NCBI RefSeq assembly: GCF_009914755.1
Contig: NC_060927.1
Direction: 5' to 3' (one strand)
DNA: 64,000 nucleotides
Source of the DNA: the human T2T-CHM13v2.0 reference genome, Homo sapiens
The position numbers and the translations under genes were made by a program. Below are positions 32,291 to 47,170 of this stretch, piece after piece; position 1 is the first letter of the stretch; each line of letters begins with the position of its first letter. The notes under the pieces were generated by a model. The model saw nothing but the letters and a program-made list of their open reading frames with translations, did not search any database and was not told the origin of the DNA.

Positions 32291-32976
32291 ATCTTATTCA
32301 TTTCAGAATAGTAATGCAAACTGGAATTTTGACAGTGCAATTTTGACAGTGCAAAATACTTTATATCCTAAAAGGATGTTTTGTCTGAAATAAGATTGAA
32401 GGAGCCTTCCCAGACTGGGTGCTGGGGGGAGTACACTAAGGTTTCTTGGCAGGAGAGCGGGTCCTGGAGACCCTCTAAGAGGCCTGGGCAATTCCAGGCT
32501 TCACTTTGAGAATTCACAGGTTAGGTGCCAAGTGGAATTCAGCTGTGGGGGATGTCAGCCTCTGGTCTAGCTGTGAATAGACCTGTTAGCACAGAATAGC
32601 CCAGCATCATCCAGAAGGGCCCATCCCTTTATGTTCTGCTTTAGATGTGTATGGCGGAGGGCGAGGAGGGGGTCTAGTTTGGTTCCCAAGTGCAGTCTGC
32701 ACACCCATGTCCTACTTCCTGGAAGTTGGAGAGTAAAAAGCAGCAAAGAACCTCACTGCCAAGATTCTTTGACCTCAGCCCATTCCTGACAAGAAACTAC
32801 TGTCAGTGACCAAACAAATGCAAAAATAAAATATAATAAAATAAGTTATTGGCTTTATTCCTAACAAAAGTAATACTTGTTCATTGTGGAAACTTTGGGG
32901 AGCACAAGAAGAAAATAGACTCACCCACTCCCTCTTCCCCAAGATTAAAAAGTAAAACTAAAGTATTTTATAGTAG

Positions 32977-33667
<691 letters not shown>

Positions 33668-34369
33668 TGTAAATGCTTTTCTTGCTGTTTGTTTAGTATG
33701 TGGTGCATTTTGTTCGTCTGCAGTTTGGTTTCTAACAGTGCTGTCATAGCCAGTCATGGAGGTACCCTGGTTGTGTGTACCATGGTACACTGTGGCTCTG
33801 GGAGCTTCCAGTTCTACCTGCATACAAAGGAGGCTGTGATGAACCTCCATGTAGAGAATCCTGGTGTACAAATCTGTAAATACTTCTTCAGGATAATTGG
33901 CACTGACCTTTTCCAGAGAGAGAAATGAAGTGTCTCTTGCCCTTCTTAGGTGGCTGGCATAAAACAATTCTCTAGACTTTTTAACATCTAGAAATTAATG
34001 AGTGCCCCTTTATCATCCAAGAGTTTCAAGGAGCCAAGTGTGATAGTAATAGTATTTAAGCTGTAATCATATTTTTGGTGTCTGATGATTTAGAAAAGGA
34101 ACAGTGACAGACAGACTAGAAAATTCAAAAATGCTTTTAAATGCTCTTGTATTTAAGTAATGGCCACAGTATCTGCATATATTTGAAGAATGGAAGTTCC
34201 ACTCTTGCGGAAGGCCTTACCTATTCAGGCTGCAGAGCTTAAGGCTTTTGTAATCACCGGCAAGAATTCCCATCCAGGACACCTCAAATAACCACTTACA
34301 GCCCGACTGGGAATCACTGGCCCGAGTGAGGCGATAGGGATGGAAATACCAGCCCAAAGTCCTCCAGGC

Positions 34370-35030
34370 TGCAGGCAGCCAGGGCGTAAGTGGGTAGAGG
34401 AGGGGTTCGGGGTCGGTGTGAGCCCCATAGGTTTTCTGGCACTGCAGGGGCCCTAGAGACCCCGGCCCCGCAAGCACGCCAGGACCCTGGAATCCTAGGG
34501 GATTCCCTGTGTGGGCCGGTGTATTTATTTAAATTCCCGTTGCAGCGAAGGCCGCCCTTCTGTCTTCCTGCCAGCCCTGGCGCTTCCTGTGCAGCGCCAC
34601 TGGACAGCCATCTGTTTCCTCCCCTCTGCCATCTGCCTCGCGCCGGGCCCAGCGTGCGGCCCTGGAAGCCTGGCTCGGCCGCCGCCCGCGCACGCTGGCC
34701 TTCTTTGTTACTACTTTGGCTCAGTGGTTTCCTGGGCTCGCTGCTCATTCCCTGGCAGGGCTCGCGGCGTCCGCGGCGACTCCTGGGATCGGCAGGGGCC
34801 TGGCTTCCAGCCCAGCGCCGGCAGCAGCCCGGGGGCTGCGGAGCGGAAAGGGGGCTGGGACGCGGTCACTGCTCCAGCCACCCGGCGCTCCTGGGCGGAA
34901 ATCGCGAGCAGAGCCCTTCTCAGCCTCCTGCAGAAAACGCGCCTCACCTGACTTGTGTTTAAATCAGCAAGGGCAGTGACGCGGCTCTTCCTTTTCCTGG
35001 GGCAGTCACTCTCCTCCCTCTGCTGAGCCC
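34370..35030. promoter_or_regulatory. Second (intronic) CpG island, candidate alternative/antisense promoter or enhancer
   Basis: Non-repeat, CpG-dense GC-rich stretch; GGGGATTCCC at 34498-34507; tatttatttaaa at 34522-34533. Confidence 0.75.
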
Positions 35031-35058
35031 GCTCTCTTTAGTTTACTTTAAGCAAAGG

Positions 35059-35840
35059 TTTTGTTTGTTTATTTGTTTGTTTGGTTTTGGTTTTTTTGAG
35101 ACGGAGTCTAAAAAGTCTTCAGTCTGTGGCCCAGACTGGAGTGCAGTGGTGCAATCTTGGCTCACTGCAGCCTCCTCCTCCCGGGTTAAAATGATTCTCC
35201 TACCTCAGCCTCCCAGGTGGCTGGGGCTACAGGCGCGCGCCACCACGCCCAGCTAATTTTTGTATTTTTAGTAGAGACGGGGTTTCTCCATGTTGGCCAA
35301 GGTGATCTCGAATTCCTGACCTCAAGTGATCCACCCGCCTTGGCCTCCCAAAGTGCTGGGATTACAGGCACCAGCCACTGTGCCCGGCCAGTTTACTTTA
35401 GATAGTTAGAAAGACCGATTGATAACCAGAGAGGCGGTAACCCGCAGTTTCCACTTACTACTCCCAAAGGGTTGCCCTGAAGCTTCAGAAAAAAGCTGTG
35501 TCATGCTCATTTGTTTTATTTTATTCTATTTTGTTTATTTTATTTTATTTTATTTTTCGAGACAGAGTCTCACTTTATCGCCCAGGCTGGAGTGCAGTGG
35601 CATGATCTCGGCTCACTGTAACCTTCGCCTCCTGGGTTCAAGCAATTAATTATCCTGCCTCAGCCTCCCAAGTAGCTGGGATTACAGGCTCCCGCTACTG
35701 CGCCCGGCTAACTTTTGTATTTTTACTAGAGACAGGTTTCACCATGTGGCCAGGCTGGTATCGAACTCCTGACCTTGTGTTCCGCCCACCTTGGCCTCCC
35801 AAAGTGTTGGGATTACAGGCGTGAGCCACTATGGCCGGCC
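35059..35840 (-). mobile_element. Two AluS elements (about 35059-35388 and 35512-35840)
   Basis: Reverse dimers with T-rich tails. Confidence 0.9.
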
Positions 35841-36157
35841 ACTCATTTTTTTAAAGAGAAAAATGAAGATCCTTCTGAAATAAATGGGAAGGGGAAAAGG
35901 AGAAGTTAATTAAATGCTTTTGGGTACAGAGTGAAGTGGAGCCTTCTGGAAAGCAGAGAGAATTACTGTATCGTGACTTCTGAATACTTTGTCTCTTTTT
36001 CCTCTTCAGATTTCCTTATTCCCTGAGAAGCCAGCGTCAGCTCTCAACATTGTTTGTGAAAAAATCTACACTTTAAACGTTTCCTCTTAAGTTATGAGAG
36101 TGGTACTTAACTAAATAATAGCACTTTGACCTCCTTAGGTGACAGCCACTAGGCTAG

Positions 36158-36489
<332 letters not shown>

Positions 36490-37105
36490 GGGCTAGGTGT
36501 TTTTTATATGTGTTACCTTGTTTAATCCTCACAACAATATTATGAGGTGGGTCGTATCATTATCCCCAACTCATCGAGGAAACTGAGGCACAGAGTCATA
36601 AATACTGAAGGTGGATTTGGGGCCAGGTGGTCCAAGTCCACCACTTGAGCTCTTAAAAGGACAATTTGGGGTCTTTTTTTCATGATCATTATGTTGTGTA
36701 TATTTTCCTGTGTCATTAAACACTGAAAATGATGTTGTGATCACTGCATTCAGTCCATTATTTGGTCGTACTATATAATTTGTTCATTTGGCTCTTCCTT
36801 GATGGGCAGGCTGTGGCAGATCTAGAAGGAGGTGCTATGAGACATAACAGCAGGTGCTAGTGATGACTTCATCCTTTGCCAGAGATGAATTCAGCTGGAG
36901 TGGGGAAAACTCCTCACTGGGGTATTGAACGGACTAAGTATACACCATATTTTAGGAAGCATTTTCACATTACCCAACGTTATTATTATCTTCATTTTTA
37001 TTTCTAAGTTCCTCCAGGAAGGACTGGGAAGAGAGAGAGGATCTAAAGTTTCAATTCCTGCTCTATTATGTCTGCTGATTTTACATGCAATTTCCCTTTG
37101 TTTAA

Positions 37106-37429
<324 letters not shown>

Positions 37430-37639
37430 TAACTCTTCTAATGACTCTGTGGAGTATTCAGTTTTTCCTCCTTTTGCTTGAACAGAAGCTGAGAGGTTAA
37501 AAGTTAAATACATAGCTGTCCAAAGTTGAATACATCTGTTAAGTTGTGGAGCCAGCATTTGAACCCAGGTCCAGCAAGTCTTCTTTTTCCACCGTGGTGT
37601 GCTATCTCTCCATGTATGGAAAGCCGTCTCCCACACTAG

Positions 37640-38268
37640 CCCACCATGGTACGCACACCTGAGGGTGACTCCCAGTCAGTCACATCCTGTGTAATTCCAT
37701 CCTCTTGAGTGTGAGTGGAATCTCTGACTTGCTTCTAACCAATGGAATATGGCACAGGTGGCAGGATGTCATATGCCAAGGTGAAGGGATGTTACAGAAG
37801 CAGTTAGAGTCCCAAAGGAGTTGATTGTGAGTTAAAAGATTTTCTCCAGGTGGGCCTGCCCTCATCAGGTAAAAGCCTTAGAAGAAGTACTGGGTCCTTC
37901 CCAAAGGGAGAGAGTCTCCTGCTGGCTCTGAAGAAGTGAACTGCCTTGTTGAGAGAGGGCCTGTGAGGGGCCATGTCACAAGCATCCAAGGGTCATGCCT
38001 AGAAGCCAGAGCAGCCCTCAGCTGACAGCCAGCAAGAAAACGGGCCTTCAGACCTATGGTTACAAGAAACTGAAAGCCACTAACAGCCATGTGAGCTCGG
38101 AAGAGGACCCCAAGCCTGGCCAACCTCTTGTTGCAGTCTTGTGAGACTCTGAACAGTGGACTTCTCCCCAGACTCCTGCTCCGTGGAAACTGTGAGAAGA
38201 TAAATGAATGTTGTGTTAAGGTGCCAAGTTTGTGGTAATTGGTTGTGCAGCAGTAGATAACTAATGCA
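37640..38268 (+). mobile_element. MaLR LTR (MLT1E-like)
   Basis: gacttgcttctaaccaatggaatatggca, cagctgacagccagcaagaaaacggg and gcagcagtagataactaa motifs. Confidence 0.8.
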
Positions 38269-38572
38269 CTCACAAAAGCCTTTTTATCCTGCATCAAAGC
38301 TGGATCTCTGATGGCTGCTCCTTAGCAAGGGAAGATGGAGCAATAGCAGTGCAGGGGGCAGCAGGCTCAGTGGCCATGTTTATCACTGGGCTGTGGTCAC
38401 ATGTCATTAGATTCCTGTGGAGTAAATCCATGTGTTAAGTTATTGCTCTTGGCATCCTGTGGCCTGTTTTACATGCAGGAGCTCATTCATCATTACCATA
38501 TCCCTATGAGATGTTAGTATTCCTACTTTACAGATGAGGAAACTGAGGCAGGGAGTTTAAATATCTTGTCTG

Positions 38573-38740
38573 AGCCAAGTGTGGTGGCTCGCGCCTGTGG
38601 GCCTATCTACTCAAGAGGCTGAGGCATGAAGATTGCTTGAGCCCAGGAGTTCAAGGCTGCAGTGACCTATGATCTATGCCACTGCACTTCAGCCTGGGTG
38701 ACAGAGCAAGAACCCATTTCTTGAAAAATTAAATAAACAA
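38573..38740 (+). mobile_element. Alu monomer (FRAM-like) in a MIR
   Basis: Single arm; TSD taaatatcttgt. Confidence 0.8.
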
Positions 38741-38869
38741 ATAAATATCTTGTAAGTTATACAAACTGACTCCATCTTCAAGCTGTCAGCCTCTTCTCCG
38801 TGGTGTTTTCTTGGAGCAAGTCCAAAGCAAAATCCTGATGCAAACAGTAACTATGGTTGTACATTGTTA

Positions 38870-39390
38870 AGTTGTATTTACTTTTTTGAATAGATAACGT
38901 TTACACGATCAAGATTCAGAATGTACCAAAAGTCCCCCAGTTGTCAGTTTTCCTCTCTGGAAATATACAGGAGGCTACTGGTGATACCAGTTTCTTGTGT
39001 AACCTTTAGGAGTTATTTCACACTTCTGTGTGTGCCTCTCCTCCTGTGCCAGATAAGAGCATACCTACGCCCACTGCTCTATACTTTTATTACCTAACTT
39101 TCTGACTTGGAGGTAATTCCATATCCATTCAGAAGGTGTCCGCATTCTCCTCCTTTTTTATAGCTGCATTGTATTCCAGAGAATGGATTTACTATATTTA
39201 TTTAACTAGTCCCCTACTGACAGCCGTTTAGGGTATTTCTCCCTTTTGTTATCTAGCCGTGCTGTAATGGTTACTCTTGTACATATCATAGTCTTGTGTA
39301 TGTACAAGAATATGAGAAGGAGCAACTCCTGGAAGTAGAGGACCTGCACCCAATGTTGCATGCTTTTCAACATTTTTGCATGTGTTCTGA
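38870..39390 (-). mobile_element. Old L1ME-like fragment
   Basis: atagctgcattgtattcc and atttaactagtcccctactga motifs. Confidence 0.6.
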
Positions 39391-39629
39391 AACTCAGCTT
39401 CTCAAACATCAACTTGTGATCTTCTCCCAGCGGGCTTTAGGGGTCTTCCATGTCTGCTGTCATGGAGAAGGACTCTACTTAGTGTTGGGACAGTGTTCAG
39501 AGTTCCACTGCTCTCATATCCCACTCAAATTTCTTTAGCATATTAGGAACCAGCGGAGTCTAAGTAGGGAACAAGAAGACCTGCTTAACTAGCATTTTTC
39601 TTAGTGTTTCCCAAGGTTCGTTACAGGGA

Positions 39630-40050
39630 GTGTTCAAGTCAGCTTCCCTAAAAGCAGAACTAGTAGATATGGGGATTCTTGTGCAACTGGTTTATTGAGC
39701 GAGGAAAGTAAGCAAGGGTAGAAAGAGCAGGACAAAGACGAGTTTCAGAAGCCCAGCCTCAGCCTGATTCTATGGGGAACACTGGAGAGTGAACTGCACC
39801 ACAAAGATTGCCCTATTTTGAGGCAAGGGAGCTGGGCTTTTGTACACCTTTCATTGCCTACAGACCAGAAAGGAGGGTACATAAACTCCCAGGGATCTCT
39901 GAATCAGACAGCTCTAGTTGTCCAAGGGAAATCACTAGCAGAAGGCTGCAAGCATAATGAGTTAGCAGCAGCACCCGCAGTAGCTGGGGGATGGATGCAC
40001 AGACCTGGTGAAAGGGAACCTGGGAATCTGAACAGGGCACCAAGGGAGTC
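39630..40050 (-). mobile_element. ERVL LTR (LTR16-like)
   Basis: ggggattcttgtgcaactggtttattgag and gagtgaactgcaccac motifs. Confidence 0.55.
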
Positions 40051-40862
40051 CCTGCTGGTATTCCATAGGAGCCATTTGAATTGTAGAATTGCCTCCCATC
40101 TATCTGGTGTCTGCCAAGGCTTTAAGCTGTTGTACTTTGGGGACATACAAATCTGACCGCACCTTCCTTCCGCTTGCAAACCTGGCTTATTTGTTTTCTT
40201 GCCCAGGCATGCCCCTGGATCTGCCATGCCAGGCAGCTGCCTTACAGATCTCATAAGATTTTTGATGTTACTTTTTCCTGTCCACTGAAAGAGTTGTGTT
40301 ATATTTTTCAACTCTCATTTGAAACAAGGGAAGGGAAAAAAATGTTTACTGAACAGAAAATAAAAGTTAATGGGAAGCCAAATTATTTCTGCAGCCTTTT
40401 ATGGGAGAGTTACAAGAAATGTCACAGTAACACAAATAACTCGACCACATCTTTTGTAACTCCTTGGAAAGCCGTAAGGCCACAACCACAGAAAAAGTTT
40501 CCTGCAGATCAGATATTTGATTTCTGGAGTGGGGGCCTTCGTGACACATACTGTTTTCACCTGGGAAAGGTGAAAGAGGCAACACAGACCCTTGTGTTGA
40601 TAATGTGACATTGGTTTTTCAAGGGTTCCTCAGTGTCCCCATTATCAAGCAGTGCGTCTTGTTTTCTGGCTACCATGTTGAGCAGAGGAAAGAACTCTGT
40701 AGCATAACATGCATCCCCTGGGCCTGATGGGGGTCTGCGTGCTGACGGGAAGTCTACGAGGTTTGTGATGACATATATCCTGAATTTATGGATGTGATCA
40801 CTACTGTAACTTATAGTTGCCTTACTGTAGTTTAAGGATAAAAGATTATTTTTTAGATGTAG

Positions 40863-41268
40863 TGTGTTGAGTGATGGCCCCTCAAAATATGTATCTTACT
40901 TCCCAGAACCTGAGAATGTTCCCTTACTTGGAAAAACCGTCTTCTCACATGTAATTAAGTTAAGGATCTTGAAATAAGGGGATCACCCTGGATTATATGG
41001 GTGGACCCTAAATCCAATGACAAGTGCCCTTGTAAGAGACACACAGAGAAGGTGATGGTGACATGAAGGCCAGGCAGAGAGTGGCGATGCGTCAAGGAAG
41101 TCTCTCCCAGAGTCTCCGGAGGGAGCACTGTCCTGCTGATGCGTTGACTTCAGCCCAATGATAGCGATTTCAGACTTCTGGCCTTGAGAACTGTGAGAGA
41201 ATAGATTTCTGTTGTTCTAAGCCACCAAATCTGTAAGCTTGCTACAGTAGCCACAAGAAATGAATACA
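40863..41268 (+). mobile_element. MaLR LTR (MLT1B/C-like)
   Basis: gtaattaagttaaggatcttga, ccctaaatccaatgacaagtg and gaactgtgagagaatagatttctgttgttctaagccacc. Confidence 0.82.
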
Positions 41269-41833
41269 ACCAATTAAATATTTTCCATTACAATCAGATG
41301 CTAAAAATCTTCAACATTGTAGACTGTAGACATTTAATATTTTCTCCTTTTAGAGGTGCTTTGCTCATTTCTAGGAATTAACTTTCGGAGAGGTGATGGC
41401 CACGCTGTCTGCCTCTCAGAATGGCAATGACATCTCATCCACTTTGAGTACATCTTTTTTCCTTGATAGCTTATTTAATGAGAGAAGCAGTCCTTGAATT
41501 TCTGCTGAGAAAAACGGAACAATAAAGACAAGAAAACATCAGAGAGTGGTTCTCAGATGGCAGGGTGGGGGCAAAAGATGGAAAGGACGTTCCAAAGAAG
41601 CATTGCTTCTAGCCTTCCACAGATGATGAATAAAGTATCCCCAGATTCCCCCAAACCATCAGAATGCCAAATAAATCTTACTGCATCCTAGTAGAATCTT
41701 TAAAGATGAGCTACTGCAGCCCAAAAACATATGTATTAAAGTGGTCAAATTAGCATTGCTTAATCTAGTACTTGTGAATTGGGTGCTATCTTTTTAGTGT
41801 TTGTAGAAGTATCAGATGATTTAAGTCTCTTAA

Positions 41834-42143
<310 letters not shown>

Positions 42144-44758
42144 GTAACTTTTTATTTATAAATAATCCCAGGTTTACAAAAACTTTTGAAGAACAGGACA
42201 AAGAACTCCCCATATCCCCTTGCCCCAGGTTCTCCGTTTGTTACCATTTTACATTTGTTTGATCGTTTTCCATTTGTATGCATGCTATTATTTTTTTCTT
42301 GGAACCATTTGAGAGTGAGTTGCAGACATCATGCTCTTTTGTCCATGAGTGCTTCAGCATGCATTTTGTAAGAAGAAAGACCCTTTCTTACATAATTGCA
42401 GTACAGTTACTTAAATCAGGAAATTAATGATACAAATGCTATTAACTTATCTACAAGCCTTACTCAGATTTTGCCATTGACCCACTAATGTCCTTGGGTC
42501 TAGGATCCCATCCCAGATCATAAGGTGTATTCAGTTGTCACATCTCTAATTTCCTTCAATCTGGAACAGGTTTTCAGTCTTTCTTGTTCTTCATGACGTC
42601 AACATTTGTGGAGAGTCCAGGACACAGCTGTCCCTTCATTGGATATTAAAGTCAGTTTGGTGGGACCCTCTGATTCTCAGCATTTTGTAGCTACACTGGA
42701 GGCAGAAGACAAAGAAAGAAAAGAAATCATGTTTGGCATAACTTGTCTCAATTTGAATGCTTTTGTTTTCACAAAAGTCCCTTTTGCAAATGTCTTATCT
42801 GAAGTTAATAGTTAATAGTTCAAGTTGAGCTTTGCTGGATGTCCTGTTCTTTTAAAAAGCCTTAGCTCAGATGTCACCTCCTTGGGATAGTGGCTAACTA
42901 GCAAGTCTTATTGTATGAATTTGATGTGAATCACCTCATTTAATCCTCACAATAGCCCTATCATTTAGGTACTCTTATTTTGCGTATTTTATAGTGAGGA
43001 AACAAAAACAAACCCAGGTCTAGGGTGCTCTGCTTCCCCTCTGGACTGCCCCCTCTCCTGCCTTAGGAGGGCCTTCGTCAGCCCCTCAGCTAAAGTAGTC
43101 CCCTGCACCACCCTGCTACCATCACTCTATCCTGTTTCCCGGTTCTGATTTCATTACAGCACTTTGCCAGCCAGAATCCCTTTGTTCACTTAATTACCTG
43201 TTTATGGTAGATCTTCTCTACCAAGACCTGAGCTGCAGAGGGGCAGCCACCTTTCTGTTCAGGTCACCACGGAGTGTCCAGTTCGTAAGGTGGTGCCTGG
43301 AACACAGGAAATACTCATCATCTTTTTTCAAATGAACACATGCATATTTTCTTTGACAAAGCCTTTGGTAATAGCACTCCTTTCCAAAGAGTCAGCATGG
43401 ATGAAGTGCTTGAGAGACTTGGGTCTTCTCCAGAAGAGGAAATAATGCTGTGTCAGACACCTGCTGAGGGAGGGGGCTGGGGTGTGGGCCCAGCAGTGGA
43501 AAGAGCCCTTCTGCCAGGCCCAGAACAGGCCATGGGGCCTGGGGCACATATCTTCAAGCCTGCGGGCCAAGAAGCTGGGAAAAGTCACAGAGAGGCTAGG
43601 ATGCCTAGCAAAGAGAGGCTAGGATACCTGTCCTGGAGCAGCCCACTCCCACCCCCCACAGTTTGCGATAGAGATGCAGTTTTCGTAGTAGCTGTTAGCC
43701 TGTTGTGATAGCACCTTTCTTTTTTCTTTAGTTGAGTTGACAGGTTTCGACAGACTCACAATCAAAACAACAGAAGCAAACAGAGACAAGCAGAGGGATG
43801 ACAGAAGTGTCTGTCAGCTCATCAAGCTCTCAGGGCAGGGTTTCTAATTTAAAGCAACACCAGGAAACACTGAATAGTGGGATTACTATATTGGATTAAA
43901 GGCTAAAAGAATCAAATGCCAGAAGTGGCAAGCTCAGTTTGTGATACCTTTCCTCACTCGAGTGTTAGCCATTTGGTGTGGCCCTTTGCCTGGCAGAGGC
44001 GCTACCTTAAGTCACTTCATCAGATGTTTATTGAATGGCTGCTCTGTCCCAGCTCTGTGTCAGCCGCAGGGGATACAGCTGTGAATGAGGCAGAGCCGGC
44101 TTCCCTGTCGCTGAAAATCAAGACCCTAAACAAGGATGGTATTTCATCACCTCGAAGGCACCATTGTTTTAGGCACTCCCTAAGAAACAAAGAAAAATAA
44201 TAATTATGTGGTAACACAAATCTCTCTTATCGTTCAGGATTTTTGTCTTATGCTTATTGAAAGAACTCTTTTAGATTTAATTAAATATAAATTTTACATA
44301 TTTTTGTGAATATATAAAAAGGAAAATAGGTGAAGAAAAATAAATTGGTTAAGATATCCCTAAAATTTTTTTACAGTCAGAGCCTTCCTCTTCTAAATCT
44401 TTTTATTTTTAGAATATTTCTACACAAGCTATTGTCCTCTATGCTATCAAGAGTGTGAGCCATGCAGCATTTCTCAGAAGAATCCACACAAAAACTAAAA
44501 GCCATCAGTGCTGGGTTTGTGCACTGGCTTTTGACTCCCACTTTGGGAATGTTGCTAAGTGACCCCCTGAGTCACTGTCCCCGCCATCAGTCCCATACCC
44601 TGGGGGTCAAGGTGCTCTACTCTTGTCTCTGAGATTTTCTTCCTCCTGCTGGCACCTATGACACACGTTTTGATGCTGGTGTGTCTGACCTTGCCACATG
44701 CATAGGCAGTGATAACTACACAACTGTTTTTCCAGTGGTCATTGAAACACCCCGACTT

Positions 44759-44840
44759 GGCCAGGCGCAGTGGCTCACGCCTCTAATCCCAACACTTTGG
44801 GAGGCCGAGGCAGGCGGATCATTTGAGGTCAGGAGTTCGA
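44759..44840 (+). mobile_element. 3'-truncated Alu left-arm fragment
   Basis: Alu 5' 82 bp ends abruptly at gttcga; no tail and no TSD. Confidence 0.85.
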
Positions 44841-45164
44841 ACGAAGCTCCAGGCTGAGACCTAATGCACGGGAAGGGGCAAGGCAGGAGGGAAAGGTGGA
44901 AGGGTGTCCTGGAGAAGAGAACAGTCTCTGCAAAGTCCCAGAGTTGGGAGAAAAAGTACAAGGTTTGCAATCTTCTTGGTCAGTTCATAAAGTAGGCTTT
45001 TTGCTAGTGGTGAAGTATGGAGGATCTGTTAGCCACAAAAATGTTAGTGGTTCCATTGGGCTTTGCCAACATCCCCACCATAGCTAACTGTCTCGTAGAA
45101 GCTGCTGGAGGAATTAATGATGCAGTGGGCATGTTAATATACCTAAATTAAAATATTCATTGCA

Positions 45165-45513
<349 letters not shown>

Positions 45514-45948
45514 TTAAGTTGAAGGGATTTTATAGACCTAGCGTTTTTTTTTTTAAGTTTTTGAGATGTTTGTTACTACACAAATATGAATAGGGAAACA
45601 TTAATATAATTAAATCTGAAAGTTATTTGAAACAACTAAATTCACCCATACGCCCACCATTCCACAGTTTCTACAATGTTATATTTTGGCCCTTGTTTAA
45701 GAATATGTGTAAAGTTTGCAGGGCTGTTACCCTACTGACAATAATAGATTCTGCTTTGTTGCTTATTTTTCTATTACAAAATTTAATATTTGGTAATGTC
45801 CCTGTTGCTATAAAAGCTTCATAATTGCACATAATATGTACAATCATCTAAGTGGATATTTTTAAATTTATGTGACCACTCACTTTTAAACATGTAGGTT
45901 TGCTTTTGAGCTTTTAGCTACTATAAATGATATTACATTGAACATTTT

Positions 45949-46170
45949 CAGGGGTTGGCAAACTACAACCCACAGACCAAATCTGGCCTGCCACCTGTTT
46001 TTGTAAATAAAGTTGTATTGGAACACAGCCAAACCCATTCATTCATGTATTACATATGGTCACTTTCACACTAGCACTGCAGAGTGGAGTTGCAATAAAG
46101 ATTGTGTGGCCCGCAAAGCCTAAAATATGTCCTATTTGGTCATTTACCAAAAAGAAATGGCCAATCGCTG
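45949..46170 (+). mobile_element. MER58A (hAT-Charlie)
   Basis: caggggttggcaaact...ctgtttttgtaaataaagtt...ggcccgcaaagcctaaaatat...ctg. Confidence 0.85.
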
Positions 46171-46749
46171 TTTTACGGTATGCAGTAGAGTTTTCTTTTG
46201 ACTTAGATTATTTTCCTTAAGATAAATTCTGAGAGATGGATATTTATTCACAGGATATATAACTTAGTTTGTTGATTTCAAAATAACCTCTATTTGTAAC
46301 ATGATTATGACCTTAAAGACAGTGACATATCAGAACAAATGAATTAGCTGATTCATTGATACATTCATTTATTAACTGTTATAAGATTAGAGTGATTAGA
46401 AGATATTATTAACACACCTTTGGTCCATTTCATTTGTACTCAGAGGTAACTAATCTTCATCTCCATTATAACTCCTCTAATAGCACCCAGTTCTTTTCAT
46501 TCACAGTGTTTCTCATAGTTTTAAATTTTTTTATTAGTGCAACACTAGCTGCTGTAACAAATAACTCTCAAACGTTGCTGGTTTGACACAATAGCTTTCT
46601 CCCTCAGCCATTTAGGAACCCCAGCATGGGGGTTCCTGGTCAGTAGGCAGCTTTTTTCCTATGTGGCTATTCAAGTTTGGGCCAAGATTTTTCTATTCTT
46701 TTTAAACTACTTTTTTGGGGAAAGAGCCCACTTAAACAGTTGCAGTGGC

Positions 46750-47170
46750 CATACTGGTGTGTGCCCAAATATCCCCTTTATTGCTGAGGCATTCATCCCC
46801 CGCAGGTTCCAAGAATGTGGCCTGCTGAGTCCCTCCCCACAAATTGATGTCCACCAAAGGGACTCGCCTCACCCAAGATGATGCCTAACCTCTCCCTGGG
46901 GGCAGCCTGTATCCAGTGGTCAGTGGAGAGTCAGGAAGGCCTGGTCTGCTTGCTTCAACAGAGAAAACTCTGAAGAGCGGTCCTAGCTTCAGTGCTCCTC
47001 GGAGTATCAGCCAAGGCCTTTGTTATGACTGCTCAAATCCTCCCTCCACCTGGTCCTGTCTTGCTTACTCTCCCACTGTAATCTCTTGGAGAGCACTCCC
47101 CAGTTAACTTTTTGCATGCAAATCTCTTTCTCAGAGTCTATTTCCAGGGAATTCCACCACCCCAGGACCA
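46750..47170 (+). mobile_element. ERVL LTR (LTR16-like)
   Basis: tgcatgcaaatctctttctcagagtctatttccaggga terminal motif. Confidence 0.55.

Noticed and set aside
33775-33790. Perfect 16-bp palindrome gtgtaccatggtacac
   Set aside because: About one is expected by chance in 64 kb (64000/4^8), and it lies in old repeat-like sequence.
34590-34610. Possible CTCF site gcagcgccactggacag (similar near 655, 18730 and 43990)
   Set aside because: Core spacing or key bases do not fit the CTCF consensus.
34314-34979. ORFs of 144-190 aa in the intronic CpG island
   Set aside because: Mostly non-ATG starts, Pro/Arg/Gly/Ala-rich, open in several frames; typical GC artefacts.
43589-43629. Short direct repeat agagaggctaggat(g/a)cct, and similar 9-10-bp tandems near 18071 and 49754
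   Set aside because: Only two copies each; ordinary slippage, with no array or spacer structure.
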